A stretch of DNA of 53,186 nucleotides from Chiloscyllium plagiosum (Eukaryota). Every line of letters begins with the position of its first letter. The first letter of the stretch is position 1. Shown piece after piece: positions 1 to 12,640 of the stretch. The translations under genes and the position numbers were made by a program. The notes below the pieces were generated by a model, which worked only from the letters and a program-made list of their open reading frames with translations, did no database searches and was not told the DNA's origin. The DNA lies in assembly GCF_004010195.1 (NCBI RefSeq), contig NW_025215328.1:17514-70699 (forward strand), in the 5' to 3' direction.

Positions 1-170
1 ATCTGTCGTTAACGAAGGGGTAGATGATGGCGAAGTCAGCAACAGAACTCAGGCAGAGCTGGAGACTGGGGATATTATGAAGGTGGGCGTCGGCGGGTTT
101 GATCACAGAGAGAATAAAACAGTTCAAGGTAAAGAGGAGACTCAAGGTTCCGAACAGTCTTATTCCTTCT
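1..170 (-). mobile_element. Decayed L2-clade LINE ORF2 fragment in intron 1 of GPCR paralog A
   Basis: Minus strand reads ..NKTVRNL.. and ..AHLHNIPSLQLCLSSVADFAIIYPFVNDR, resembling the L2 post-RT motif VRNLGV..HLRNIARLRPCLS..LIHAFVTSRLDY. Confidence 0.55.
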
Positions 171-314
171 CAGATGTTTATGAGTAAGTAGTTTGAAAAT
201 GCATGAGAAGGAAGTGGCGTTTTTGACTGCAAGTTTAAGTATTTGTTAAATATAATCAACAAGAATAGCAATAACACTCAGCATCATTTATAGAATTGAC
301 AGAGATAGACTTAC

Positions 315-530
315 CAGGAACACCAATAATAGCGAGGATGGGATAGTACCCAGCTTGAATAATCATTACTACAGCTCGTATTCGCAACTCGAACCGTGGT
401 CAATCCTGAGAAAGATAGTAAAGACCCAAGATAAACTCTTGTCCATTGTTGGAAGATTCCAGTCTAATGTTCTCAGATTCTGATCCATTGTTGGAAGATT
501 CCAGTCTAACATTCTCAAATTTAAATCCAT
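315..530 (-). pseudogene. First coding exon of a GPR139-like class-A GPCR (paralog A), frameshifted
   Basis: ATG at 530 gives MDLNLRMLDWNLPTMDQNLRTLDWNLPTMDKSLSWVF..., stopping at TAG 371-369. The TM1-start motif RIRAVVMIIQAGYYPILAIIGVP is in another frame, after TGA 402-400, and ends at a phase-1 donor G|GTAAGT (314-309). Homologous to 18789-19008. Confidence 0.7.
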
Positions 531-562
531 TGTTGGAACATTCTAATGTTCTCAGATTCTGG
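442..562. repeat. 42-bp tandem repeat (about 3 units) in the GPCR N-terminal region
   Basis: Unit tccattgttggaagattccagtctaatgttctcagattctga at 442 and 484, with a partly deleted unit at 526. Confidence 0.9.
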
Positions 563-760
563 TTTCTCTCTCTTTCTCTGTGGCTGCTGATCCCAATCTT
601 GCTGAGGTTGACTCTGCCCCGAATACTATGGCATAGCAAGGTGAAAGAAGTCCCTAATTATGGAAGAGGGAAATCGTCCAGTGACCCAGTTTGGTCCAGG
701 AAGACTGATATTAATCACAGTCACTGAGCAAGCAGCTCAATTAAGACTTTTCACGGCAAC
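560..760 (-). promoter_or_regulatory. Putative 5'UTR/proximal promoter of paralog A
   Basis: Colinear similarity with 19085-19290 upstream of paralog B (e.g. gctgatccc, atggcatagca/atggaatagca, ctgatattaatcacagtcac/ctgacattagtcacagtcac). Confidence 0.5.
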
Positions 761-2139
761 TCTGATGTACCACAATAATACAACTGGAGGAGTGATAATC
801 ATGTCACGAATTATATCGACCTCTCACATCCAGCCCAGAAACGTATAAGCCCAGATGAGATACCGGCTCAGTATGCACCACTGCTGAGACCAGGCTAGTG
901 CACTGATCAGCAATCCGTTCAGGATCGAACACTGTTTAGAGCTCACCAGTTCACTACTTATCTGTCCAACAGTGCACTGATCTATAAAGTTGGACTAGAT
1001 AATCTGTTCAGCACAGGGCGCTGTACAGAACACACAAAAGCATTGTTCTATACACACGGACTGGATATCTGTGCAGCATGGGGAGCTGTGCAGTGAATTT
1101 ATCTATTAATCTGGAGCAGTTACCTTCCCACCATACACAGCTGTGTGCACCATTCACTGTATTGCTGAGTAACACTGTGTTGGATCACTGCCCAGCGTGG
1201 GGAAACTTGCAGTTCATGCTGGAAGTGACAGAATGTGCAGCTCCCCTTCATTTACAGCTCCATAACTCCATTGTCGTATGACAAGGGGGTACTGCAGGTG
1301 TGAAAATCACTGCCAGAGAGAGATGGTGGGGGAATCAATTTAAATACCAACAAATGGGAAGAGCTTGGTTAAAAGAAAGGGGGAGATTGAGAGAGAATTT
1401 CAGAGAAGGATCTGATGGTAGGTTTAAATATTGTGAAATGAAAACATTTCGATAGCATCTTGCAATATAGGCCACTGTTTCCAGAAATGATGGGTGAGCA
1501 GGATATTGGTGTAAGTTAAGATAATGGAGAGTTATGGATAACCATTTGTCCTGCAGCTTTGTAACTGGGAGTAGGATCAGCAGAGTCTTCGACTCATTGG
1601 GCTGATTCTCACAATGACTTCTCTCAGTGCCATTTTCATTGAGTGTGGCAGAAGTAATGTCTGCATGAGGCAGAGCTAGTTTTCTGGCGTTATCTTATCG
1701 AACTCACCTCATTAACTACCCATCCCACCCCATGGAGTCCCTGTCATTCAATGCCAGCCCGATTCTCCCACCCATCATGGCTGGAGGTACTCACCATCGC
1801 CCGGATGTCCCTGGATATTCCATGATCCTTGGTCTCCTGGTCTCCTGTTCCTTGGATGCTGCCTGACCTGCTGCGCTTTTCCAGCAACAAATTCTCCCCC
1901 CCCCCCCCCCCACCTGTGTCTATTTTCCCTCTCCGCATTTGACCAGATATATGACATAATTCTGCATTTGAAATGCCTGGCTCTTTGCAATCATTCAGGG
2001 CGAACCTACGTATGTGGCACAAAACATGATCAATTGAGAGTGACTCCAATCTCCCAGCTTCCCTGGCTCTGTCATTTCTGTTCGATGATGTCTTATTATT
2101 TTTGGAAGCTTCCATCATTTCATCATTTTCTGTCAAACG

Positions 2140-2705
2140 AGAAATCCCCTAAATCTGATGGACTGAGCTTTCAGCTGTGACTGTCCCAACTCCCTCACTT
2201 CTGCCTTCACTCCGTCCCCTACTTCCCAGAACAATGATAGATCTCCCCTTGCCCTCACTTCCTACTGCACTTGAATCCACATTCACAGAATCATCCTCCG
2301 CCACTTCCACCACCTCCATCAGTACAGCACCATCAAACACATCTTCCCCAACCGTCCAATGTTAGTATTTCACAGGGACCATTCCCTCTGTGACACCCTC
2401 CATCATCCCGAACACTTCCCCAGTCCCCCATGGCACCTTACCATGTAAATGCAGAAGTTGCAACATTTGCCCATTCACCTCTTCCCTCCTCACTGTCCAA
2501 GGCCCTAAACACACCTTCCAGGTGAAGCAGCATTTCACTTGTACTCTTTCAATCCTGTCTCTGTCATTGCTGCTCACCATGCAGTCTCCTTGACATTAGT
2601 GTGCCAAACAGAAACTGTTTTGAGGAACATCTCCACTCTGTCTGCAGGAATGACCCTGGCCTTCTGATTGCTCCTCATTTCAATAACCTACATTGCTTTC
2701 AAAAT
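2140..2705 (+). mobile_element. Penelope-like element fragment (RT C-terminus / GIY-YIG region), 5' part
   Basis: HGTLPCKCRSCNICPFTSSLLTVQGPKHTFQVKQHFTCT has the CxxxxCxxC linker preceding the Penelope GIY-YIG domain; a paralogous copy lies at 11420-12640. Confidence 0.75.
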
Positions 2706-2719
2706 AATGAGAATTCTTT

Positions 2720-3706
2720 GAGGTGGTAACGATGGGTTGGACTAGAGAGAGTTACCTATCTGAACTTCCAGAAGGCTTCAGAGTAAGATAAGGACCCGTG
2801 GTGTCAGAGGCCATGTAATAGCATGGATAAAAGCTTGGCTCTATTGCAAGATGCAGAGTGAGGATAAATTTGTCCCTCTCAGGATGGCAGCTGGTGACTA
2901 GCAGTGTTCCACAAAAGTCAATGTTACGACCACAACATTTCACTTTATAGGTTAATGATCTGAGTGGCGGGACAGAGGGCATTCCGGCTACATTTGCAGA
3001 TGAAGCAAAAATAGGTGGAGGGACAGGTAGTATTGAGGAGGCATGGAGCCTGCAGAAAGAATTCGACAGTTTAGGAGAGTGGGAAAGGAGTAGCAGATGG
3101 AATGCATTGTGAGAGAGTGTGAGGTCATGCACTTGGGTGTGAAGAATGCAGGCATGGACTATTTACTAAATGGAGAAAAAAATCAGAAATCTGAGTTACA
3201 AAGGGACTTGGGATTCCAAGCCCAGGATTCCCGAAGATAAACTTGCAGGTTGAGTCAGTAGTTAAGAAGGCAGATACAATGTTGTCATACATCTCTAGAG
3301 GAGTCGGATATAATGGTGGGGATTCTGAGGCTTTCTAAGGCTCTGGTCAGACCACATTTCCAGTATTTTATGCCTTATACCTCAGGAAGGATGTATTAGC
3401 CTTGGTGTGTGTCCAGAGAATGTTCACCAGAAATGAAAAGCTTAACGCATGAGGAACGTTGGAGGAATCTGGGTTTATACTCGATGGAGATTGGAAGGAT
3501 GAGGGTGGATCCAATTGAAACTTACAGAATATTGAATGACCTGGATACAGACAAAACTGGGAGAACGTTTGCACTGGCAGGAGGACACAGGCTTAGATCA
3601 AAGGGAAAACCCATTAGAACGGAGATAAGATGAAACGTCTTTAGCCAGACAGTGGTGTAATTGTGGAATTCCTTAACAAAGAAGGCTGTGGAAAGCAGAT
3701 CATTTG
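2720..3706 (+). mobile_element. Older CR1-group LINE 3' half (RT and C-terminus), continues at 7346-7513
   Basis: Decayed motifs VTSSVPQ, FADEAKIGG, CEVMHLG, ALVRPHF, LGLYSME; interrupted at gcagatcattt. Confidence 0.8.
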
Positions 3707-6700
3707 ACACCAACGATGTAGCAAGGAAAGCGACTGAGGATCCGAAAAGTGACTACAGAGAGTTAGTTTAGAAGCTGAAGAGTAGGACGTGTACAGTAGT
3801 GATCTCAGATTTTCTACCAGTGTCACGAGCTAGTGAGATGAGGAACAGTCAGCGAATGCAGTTTTACACGTGGCTGCGAGGCTGGTGCAGGAGGGAGGGC
3901 TTCAGATACCTAGACCATCGGGATGTGTTAGGGTAAGGTGGGACTTGCACATGAAGGACGGGTTGCATCTAAACTGGAGGAGCACAAATATCCTGTTTGG
4001 GAGGTTTGCTCGTGTGATTCGGGCGCGTTTAAACGAGTTTGGCAGGGGGTCGGAGTAAGACCACATATCTGAGAGGAGGTTAGTTGCAGACGGGACAGTG
4101 ACAGGATATATTGAATCTATCAGGTAGGTTTCTCACGCAATGAAACAAAGGGATCAGTTCAGGTGCGTCTGCTTTAATGCAAAGAATGTCCGAAATAAAA
4201 GTGACGAACATGGATCAGTACTTGGGGCTACGATATCGTGGCCATAACGGAGACGTAAGTTTCACAGGGGCAGGGATGGTTGCTTGATGTTCCAGGGTTT
4301 AGAACGTTTAAAAATGTTACGGGGCAGCACGGTGGCACAATGGTTTGCACTGCTGCCTCACAGCGCCAGAGAGCTGGGTTCAATTCCCACCTCAAGGAAC
4401 TATCTGTGTTGAGTTTGCAAATTTTCCCCGTCGGGTGCTCTGGTTTCCTCCCATAATCCAAAGATGTGCAGATTTGGTGAATTGGCCATGCTGAATTTCC
4501 CGTAGTGTTAGATGAAGGGGTAAATATAGGGGAATGGTTCTGGGTGGGTTGTCCTTTGGAGGGTTGGATTGGACTTGTTGGGCCAAAGGGCCTGTTTCCA
4601 CACTGTAAGTAATATAATCTACTCTAAAAAAGAACAGGGTGGTTGGTAAATGAGGAGGGGGTGTAGCATTGCTCATCAGAGTGTGCGTCACAGTTACAGA
4701 AACGAAGGTTGTTGAGGAAGGTTTGTCTACTGAGTCAGTATGGGTGGAAGTTAGGAACAGAAAGAGAACAGTCACCGCATTTGGGGTCTTCTACAGACCA
4801 CCTAATAGCAGTAGAGAGATTGAAGATCTCATAGGCGAGCAGATTCTGGAAAAATGCAAAAGTTGCAGGTTTATTGTTATGGGTGATTTCAACTTTTCCA
4901 ATATCGACTGGAACCCCGTAAGTGCAGATGGTGTGGATGAAGCCGTTTTTGTCAGGTGTGTTCAAGACGGTTTCCTTGCTCAGTATGTAGACAGACCGAC
5001 GAGGGGAGAGGCTATTTTGTATTTGGTGCTCGGCAGTGAGCCAGGACAGGTGTCAGAACTGACGGTGGGAGAGCACTTTGGTGAAAGTGATCACAACTAC
5101 CTCACATGTAGCATAGTCTGGGAGAGTGAAAGGAGCAGTTTCCGAGGGAAGATATTTAATTGTAGAAAAGGAAATTATGATGCTATCAGACAGGAGTTGG
5201 GAAGTGCAGACTGGGAGCAATTGTTCCACAGAAACGGCACAGCAGACATGTGGAGACTGTTTAAGGAGCAGTTGTTGCGAGTGATACACAAATTTGTTCC
5301 TCTGAGACAGGTAAGAAAGGGTAAGATTAAGGAACCTTGGATGACGAGAACAGAGGAACGTCTCGACAAAAGGAAGCAGGCAGCTTACGTAAGATGGAGG
5401 AAGCAAGGATCCAGCACAGCTTCAGAGGATTACAGGCTTGCTAGAAAGGAGCTCAGAAATGGACTTAGGCGAACCATTATCGGGCACGAAAAGGCTTGGC
5501 AAGAAGGATTACGGAGAACCCAAAGGCATTTTTCTCAAAGGTGAGGAATAAGCGAATAATCGGGGAGAAGGTAGGGCAGATCAGGGAAAATGTAGGGAAC
5601 TTATGCGTGGAGTCTGAGCAGATAGGGGAAGCCCTAAATGAGATTTTTGCTTCGATTTTCACCAAGGAAAGGGAACTTGTTGTAAATGAAAACTTAGGGC
5701 AGCTGGGACAGATCAGTCTTGACCAGGTCAAGATTGATGAAGTTGATGTGCTAGCAATTTTGTAAAACATTAAGATGGATACGTCTCCAGGGCCAGACCA
5801 GATTTATCCGAGACTGCTCCGAGAAGCAAGAAAGGAGGTTGCTAAGTCGCTGGCGAGGATATTTGCCTCCACATTCTCCACAGGAGTCATACCGGAGGAT
5901 TGGAAGGAGGCGAATGTTGTTCCTTATTTCAAGAATGGTAATATGGAAATCCCTAGCAATTAGAGACCAGTCAGTCTTACGTCTGTGGTCAGCAAATTTT
6001 GGACAAAAATCTGAGGGATAGGATTTATGACTATTTGGCAAAACATTGTGTGATTAAAGGCAGTCAGCATGGCTTTGTGAGGTGCAGGTCATGCCTCACA
6101 AATCTTATTGATTTCTTTGAGGAGATGTCAAGTCAGGTCGACGACGATCGAGCAGAGGATGTGGTCCATGTGGACTTCAGCAAGGCATTTGATAGGGTTC
6201 CCCATGGAAGGCTCATTCATAAAGCCAGGAAGTATGGGATACAGGGAGATTTAGCTATCTAGATTCAGAATTGGCTGGCTGGCAGAACGCAGACAGTGGT
6301 TGTAGATGGAAAGTATTCTGCTTGGAGGACAGAGTTGAGTGGGATTCCACAGGGTTGTTTTCTTGGGACTCTGCTCTTTGCAGGTTTTAGAAATGACTGG
6401 GATGAGAAGGTTATGGGGTGTATTAGTAAATTTGCTGATGAAACAAATGTTGGAGGTGACGTCGATAGTATAGAAGGCTACTGTATGCTGCAGCGCAACA
6501 TAGACAGGATTCAGAGCTGGGCTGAGAAATGGCAGATGGCGTTCAACCTGGATAAATGCGAAGTGATGCATTTTGGAAGGTCAAATTCGATTCCTGAATA
6601 TAGCATTAAATACAACAATCTTGGCAGTATGAAGAAACAAAGGGTTTGGGGGGCGCAAGTGCATAGATCCCACAAAGTTGCCACCCAAGTGGATAGTGTG

Positions 6701-7343
6701 TCAAGAAAGCATATAGTGTTTTGCCTTTTATTAACAGGGGGATCGAGTTTAAGAGCTTCGAAGTTTTGCTGCAGCTCTACAAGTCCCTGGTGAGACCACA
6801 CTTGGAATATTGTATCCAGTTGTGGTCGCACTACTATAGAAAAGATACAGAGGCTTTGGAGAGGGAGCAAAGAAGGTTTACCAGGATGCTACCTGGACTG
6901 GAGGGCTCGCCTTGTGAAGAAAGATTGAACAAGCTTGGACCTTTCTCTCTGGAGACAAGGAGGGGAAAGGAGAGCTGATCGAGGTGTCCAAAATAATGAG
7001 AGGACTTGATAGAGTCAATACCCAGAGACTTTTCCCCAGGGCAGGATTGACTGGTACCAGAAGTCATAGTTTGAAGATATTAGGAGGAAGGTATAAGGGA
7101 GACGCAAGAGGTAGGTTCTTTATGCAGTGAGTTGTGAATGCGTGGAATGCATTGCCAGCGGTGGTGGTGGAAGCAGAGTCATTGGGGACATTTAAGCGAC
7201 TGCTGGACATGCACATGGATATCAGTGAGTTGAGGGGTGCATAGGTTAAGTTGCTATATTTTATATTAGGATTAATTCTCGGGACAACGTCGTGGGCCAA
7301 AGGGTCTGTTCTGTGCTGTACGTTTCTATGTTCTATGTTCTAT
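3707..7343 (+). mobile_element. CR1 (HER1-like) LINE, 5'-truncated within the ORF1 esterase; ORF2 APE-RT disrupted
   Basis: ORF1 end TNDV..DGLHLNWRSTNIL; endonuclease GVFYRPPNSS, MGDFNF, FGESDH; RT GPDQIYPRLL, QHGFVRCRSCLTNL, DFSKAFD, KFADET; 3' end gggccaaagggtctgttctgtgctgta followed by a (ctatgtt)n tail. Confidence 0.93.
4322..4628 (+). mobile_element. HE1-type V-SINE inserted in the CR1 endonuclease region
   Basis: tRNA-like head gggcagcacggtggcaca..ggttcaattccc; V-domain; tail gggcctgtttccacactgta; taaaaa on both flanks. Confidence 0.9.
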
Positions 7344-7345
7344 TT

Positions 7346-7513
7346 AGTATATTTAAAACAGAGACAGATAAGTTCTTGATTGACAAGGGGATCAAAGGTT
7401 ACTGAGAGGAAGCAGGGAAATGGGGTTGAAAATCTATCAGTCGTGATCGAATGGCAGAGCAGACTTGATGCTCCAAATGGCTTCATTTCTGCTCGTATAG
7501 TCTTGTGGCCTTA
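7346..7513 (+). mobile_element. 3' end of the older CR1-group LINE that starts at 2720
   Basis: agtatatttaaaacagagacagataagttcttga...gaatggcagagcagacttg...tcttgtggcctta continues the ORF2 end and 3'UTR broken at 3706. Confidence 0.7.
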
Positions 7514-7535
7514 TAATATTTCGGTCCTGGATCGA

Positions 7536-7817
7536 ACGGTGGCTCAGTAGTTTGCACTGCTGCCTCACAGCATCAGGGACTGGGTTCGATTTCCTCTGGG
7601 AGCTCCAGTTCCCTGCCACAGTTCAAGGTTTTGCAGGTCAGGTGAACTGACCATGCTGAATTGCCGATTGTGTTTAGGGATGTTGAGGTTAGGTGCAATA
7701 GTCAAGGGTTTATGTATAGTATTATGGTAGAGAATGGGATTGGTTCACATACGTTTTGGAGGGTCAGTATAGACCTTTTTGGTTGAAGGGCCTATTTCCA
7801 CACTGTAGGGATTCTAA
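7536..7817 (+). mobile_element. Diverged HE1-type SINE
   Basis: acggtggctcagtagtttgcactgctgcctcacag head; ends gaagggcctatttccacactgtagggattcta. Confidence 0.85.
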
Positions 7818-7819
7818 GA

Positions 7820-8470
7820 AAATGCAGGCTAATGCAATGTTCCAATGAAGCACAACCCAAGCTCGAGTAACACCTCACTTTACACATTTGTAAGTTACAG
7901 TCTGTAGGAGTTAATATTCAATTCCATAAATTCACAGCCTGAACCCATTATGGCTGTTCTCCATTTTCCGTCCACTCTCACTCCTGGGCTCCCTAAGCTC
8001 GTGTCTTGTTTATGTTGCATTCAACAGAGAAAATCAATTTCTAATACTTACACATTAATTTACATCCATTATATATCTGTGTCTCTTTCACCAAAATTTA
8101 AAGCCCAATTGTCTTTCACACTGAGCCTCCAAATACTCTTTCTCACCTCTGCCAAGACTCTAAAACGCTCACTTTCCAATCCTTTACACGTCTGAAGAAG
8201 ATTTACACTGGACTTCAACCATTAACATTGTTTCTCTATCTCTGCAGATGTTGCCAGACCCACTGAGTTCCTTCAAAAATGTAAAGTTACAGAACACATT
8301 TTCAATATACCAAAGATCATTAGATACATGAAATCTGAAACAAAAACAAAAATTGTTGGACTTACTGGGTGCTTTGAGGAACAGTTACAGAACCCGGAAG
8401 ATTAACTCTGCTTTCACTCCACAGATGCTGTCAGACTTGTCAGTGTCTTCAGTAATTTCTGTTTTCAAAC
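7820..8470 (+). mobile_element. Penelope-like element, 3' part with terminal-repeat remnants
   Basis: gcaatgttccaatgaagcacaacccaagctcgagtaac matches 11990-12030; two cagatg(c/t)tg(c/t)cagac repeat remnants with decayed hammerhead-like cores. Confidence 0.65.
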
Positions 8471-9461
8471 AAGTTTCAAACATGTGCGTCAAAGCTGCTC
8501 ACACGCCCTGTCCAACATGGAGCGCCATACACCGGGAAGTGAACGATAATGCGAAAGTATTCATATTCATTTGCTCTGAAACTACATAAGGCTGTCATCA
8601 CCGTCACTACAGAGCTCTTAATCATGGTCATGGAGAGAAACAGAGAGAAATACATTCGCTTTAAACAGAAGATGGCATTACTGGAGGGAAAAAGAATCAG
8701 GTGAAAACGTTAAATGCTTTTGAGGAATGCGACAAATTGTAGGCATGGCATCATGAAGATACCCTAACAGGATAAGAATTTCAAAAAGGAAACGTTCCCA
8801 CATCAGAAACCGGGATAGGGCACTGCGTACAGGGGAGAAGGGTGACCGGGTCCCCGTGTGAATTGAGGACAGGCAGCAGAATTGTATTGCAGATATTGCA
8901 GCTCAAATTGGGCATTCATGTGATGATGCAAATCATAGCAGCTCTAGTAGCAGCAGCAGCAGCAGAATTATATTCAACCACAATATAATCTCTCAATCTA
9001 CCTTGACCATGAAGCCAATCTCCGGTTCAGTGATGAGTGTGGGTAAACATGCCACGGTCAGAACCATGTGTACCTAAACCTGATAACAACCCATTCAAGC
9101 TACTGTCCTTACTACTTACATTAACAAACAGCAGAACTAACATCTGATAGAGAGGCGCCATGACCACAAGACTGTGACCACTTCTTCTAAAAACAGCTAT
9201 GAATTACTGCTGACCTGTCTACTCTTAGTTTTACCTGTTAGAAAAATCCTTGTTCCTTTTGTTAGAGACGGTTCAAGAACTTCCCTCCTATTACCATTTT
9301 GTTTACATCATTGATATACTTACTGTGCCTTCCCCTGTGAGGAAAGATGTAAAACATGCATGTAAATTATCTGTCTGCTCCCTGTAACCAATTCTTCAGT
9401 CACAACCTCCAATTATCCTCGTATACTTTCCTGACTTAATGTCTACCTAAGGTCACGCATC

Positions 9462-9802
9462 ATTAGATTAGATTAGATTAGATTAGATTAGATTAGATTA
9501 CAGTGTGGAAACAGGCCCTTCGGCCCAACAAGTCCACACCGACCCGCCGAAGCGAAACCCACCCATACCCCTACCCCTACATTTACCCCTTACCTAACAC
9601 TACGGGCAATTTAGTATGGCCAATTCACCTGACCCTGCACATCTTTGGACTGTGGGAGGAAATCGGAGCACCCGGAGGAAACCCACGCAGACACAGGGAG
9701 AACGTGCAAACTCCACACAGTCAGTCGCCTGAGGCGGGAATTGAACCCGGGTCTCTGGCGCTGTGAGGCAGCAGTGCTAACCACTGTGCCACCGTGCCGC
9801 CC
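9462..9802 (-). mobile_element. Young HE1-type SINE with (TCTAA)n tail
   Basis: Full head to tail; about 8 perfect ATTAG units at 9462-9500; nearly identical to 44918-45220. Confidence 0.95.
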
Positions 9803-9904
9803 ATCTTGAACTTTTGTTATATACTCAGAAAAGTTCGTGCTGCTTGTTTTTGTATTTCTTGCCAATTTACTACATCATGTCTTTTCTTCCTTTTACCTCG
9901 CTTT

Positions 9905-10305
9905 CTAGGTTCATACAGACATGTCGCCCACAAACAGACCCTTTGGTCCAACTTATCCACGCTGACCTGGTTTTCCAAACTAAACTAGCCCCATCTGATT
10001 GCATTTTGTCCATTTGCCTCTAAACCTTTCCCAATCACATGTTTGTCCTAATGAGTTTTTCATGTTGTAGCTGTACTTGCATCTCCCACTCTTCCTCTGA
10101 CAGCTCATTCCATGTACACACATCACCCACTGTGTGAAAACATTGAACCTTCGTCCATTTCAAGTCTTCCATTTTTCAACTTAAACCTGTGCCTTCTATG
10201 GTTGAACTCCCCTATCCCGTGGAAAATACCTTGGTTGGTCACTCTATTCATACCTCTCATGATTTTATAAACTTCTACAATATCATCCCTCAACCTCCTA
10301 CACGC
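9905..10305 (-). mobile_element. CR1 LINE 3' fragment
   Basis: Minus strand RRLRDDIVEVYKIMRGMNRV...HRFKL, followed by CR1-type 3'UTR. Confidence 0.8.
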
Positions 10306-11419
10306 TATCTGACAGTCACCTGACGAACAAGCATTTAAAGATAAGCACTGCAAATTTGAAACAGTATTCAAATGACATATAAATAACTCTCAGCCCAGGC
10401 TTCGTACTGTGATTTGTTTTTCTCCATGTTACAGTACTAGGGCAGCAGGAAACTCTTACGAGTACCAATAAGAGGTCGAACATATGGATTGATTTGTCCA
10501 AATGGGTGATAATCTCTACATGAAAGCACATCTCTGGCCTGAACCATATAAGAAGGGGACTTCTTGTACCACACGGTCAGCGTGCCTTTAGCAGAGTGAA
10601 ATGAAGGCTGAGTATACTTTTTGAAAGTTGGATCACAGTGCAAAGGGGAAGATGTGTTTTCAATAAGGTTTACTCCAAGAAAGAAACCTTCTGGAGTGAG
10701 ATGTGAGAGGGAGGTGTAAACCAGCATGAATGGAGAGGCCGTGCCACACTGAGACCAGAGGAAAATTGGCAGCACAAAATGCACCTTTATGCTGCTGTAG
10801 AGTAGGTAGGCTTGATCAAAGAGTTTCAGGTGAAGTGGGTAGGGACCATAATGTGAGAAAATTTACTCTGTAAGTGGAGAGGGATAACCTGGAATCAGGA
10901 AGGGGAGTCGACCAGGGAAGAGAATGGAGCAGCAATGGCAGAGTTTTCTGAGGTAATTAAGGAAGCACAGCTGAAATTCGTGCCTAACATCTGCTTATGG
11001 TCCCCGAAATAAACATTATAAATGTGGCCCTCCACTAATGCTCATCAATAGTATCCTTGAGAGCTTTTGTCAACCATGGGTGGTTCACTTTCTTTTCGAG
11101 TTCTTCGTTTTGAACAGAAACAATAATTACTGAGCGGTTTGGGATATCTGCTTGAATGTCTGCTCTCGGATACTTACTGGCCTTCCTCTGGGTCTATATT
11201 CACATTCCGCTTCAGACCAGATGTGAGGCAGAAATCCTCAATTTAGATGCTTGGTTCATTTCAATCATTCAGGGGGAACTTCTGCATGTGGCTGAACACA
11301 TGATCAGCGGAGGCTGACTCCATTCTCCCAGTTTCTCCATCTCTGTTATGTCTGTTTGATGATGCCATATTGCAGTGAGCTGCGTCTGACGTGACCTCTT
11401 TTTCCTTCAAACCATAAAT

Positions 11420-12640
11420 CCCCTAACTCTGGTGGACAGGGCCTTCAGCTGTGACTGTCCCATCTCCCAAGGTGTTGCTCTCACTCCACCCCTCCTTCCC
11501 AGAACAATGATAGATCTCCCCTTGTCGACACTTGCTCCTGCACAAGAATCCACATTCACATAATCATTTTATGCCATTTCCACCATCTCCAGCAGGGCAA
11601 ACACATCTTCCCCTCCCGCCCACTGTCAGTATTTCACAGGGACCATTCACTCTGTGTCATCCTCCATCACCTCGAACAATTCCCCACTCCCCCTTGCACC
11701 ATCCATGCGATTGCAGAAGCTATAACACTTGCTCATTCACCTCTTCCCTCCTCACCGTCCAAGGCCCCAAACATACCTTCCTTGTGAAGCAGCATTTGAC
11801 TTGTAAACTTTCAATCTGGTCTCCTATCATTGCTGCTCACAATGCAGTCTCTCTATATTGGCGAGAGCAAACAGAGATTGCTTTGAGGAACACTCCCACG
11901 CTGTTTGTAAAATTAACCCTGACCTTTTCATTGCTTCCCATTTCAAATAACCTACCTTGCTCTCATGCCAGCCTTTCCGCCCTTGGCTGCTGCAACGTTC
12001 CAAGGAAGCACAACCCAAGCTCGAGTAACAACGCACTTTACACTTCCGTACGTTATATCATGTAGGAGTTAATGTACAATTTCATAACTTCACAGTCTGA
12101 CCCCATTATAACTGTTCTCCAGTTTCCGTCCATTCTCCCTCCTGGCTTCCCTCTGACCTTGTGTGGTTGTAACTTCTTTATCTTTCACTCAATATAGAGA
12201 ACTCCTTTTCCCCCGTTCACAGCTTAATTTAAAACTATTTCACATGATTTTGTCGTTTACCACTACTAAAAGCATGTTTATCTTTTGGCACACCCTCTTT
12301 TGCCGTCAACCCACTCTCCACATCTGTCAAGGGATTATAAAGCTCATTTTCCAATCATTTTTAGTTATGAACAAGTGTCATACTGGACTTGAAACGCTAA
12401 CTCTGTTTATCTGTCTCTGCAGATGATGCCAGACCTGTTGAGCTTCTCTAGAAATGAATATGCTCAGAACAAGTTTTCAATTAAACAAATAACTATGGAT
12501 ACTGGAAATGAAAATGCAAAAATTGTTGGAGAAAATGGTAGAAGGGTAACTGGCCATGAAAGATTAACTCTGCTTTCACTCCACAAGATGCTGCCAGACC
12601 TGCCGAGTTTCGTCTGCAATTTCTGTTTTTGAACAAGTTC
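11420..12640 (+). mobile_element. Penelope-like element fragment (uninterrupted paralog of 2140-2705 plus 7820-8470)
   Basis: HPCDCRSYNTCSFTSSLLTVQGPKHTFLVKQHLTCK; terminal-repeat remnants at about 12360-12450 and 12540-12630. Confidence 0.75.

Noticed and set aside
4669..5544. 291-aa ORF as a host gene
   Set aside because: It is the APE endonuclease part of a disrupted CR1 ORF2
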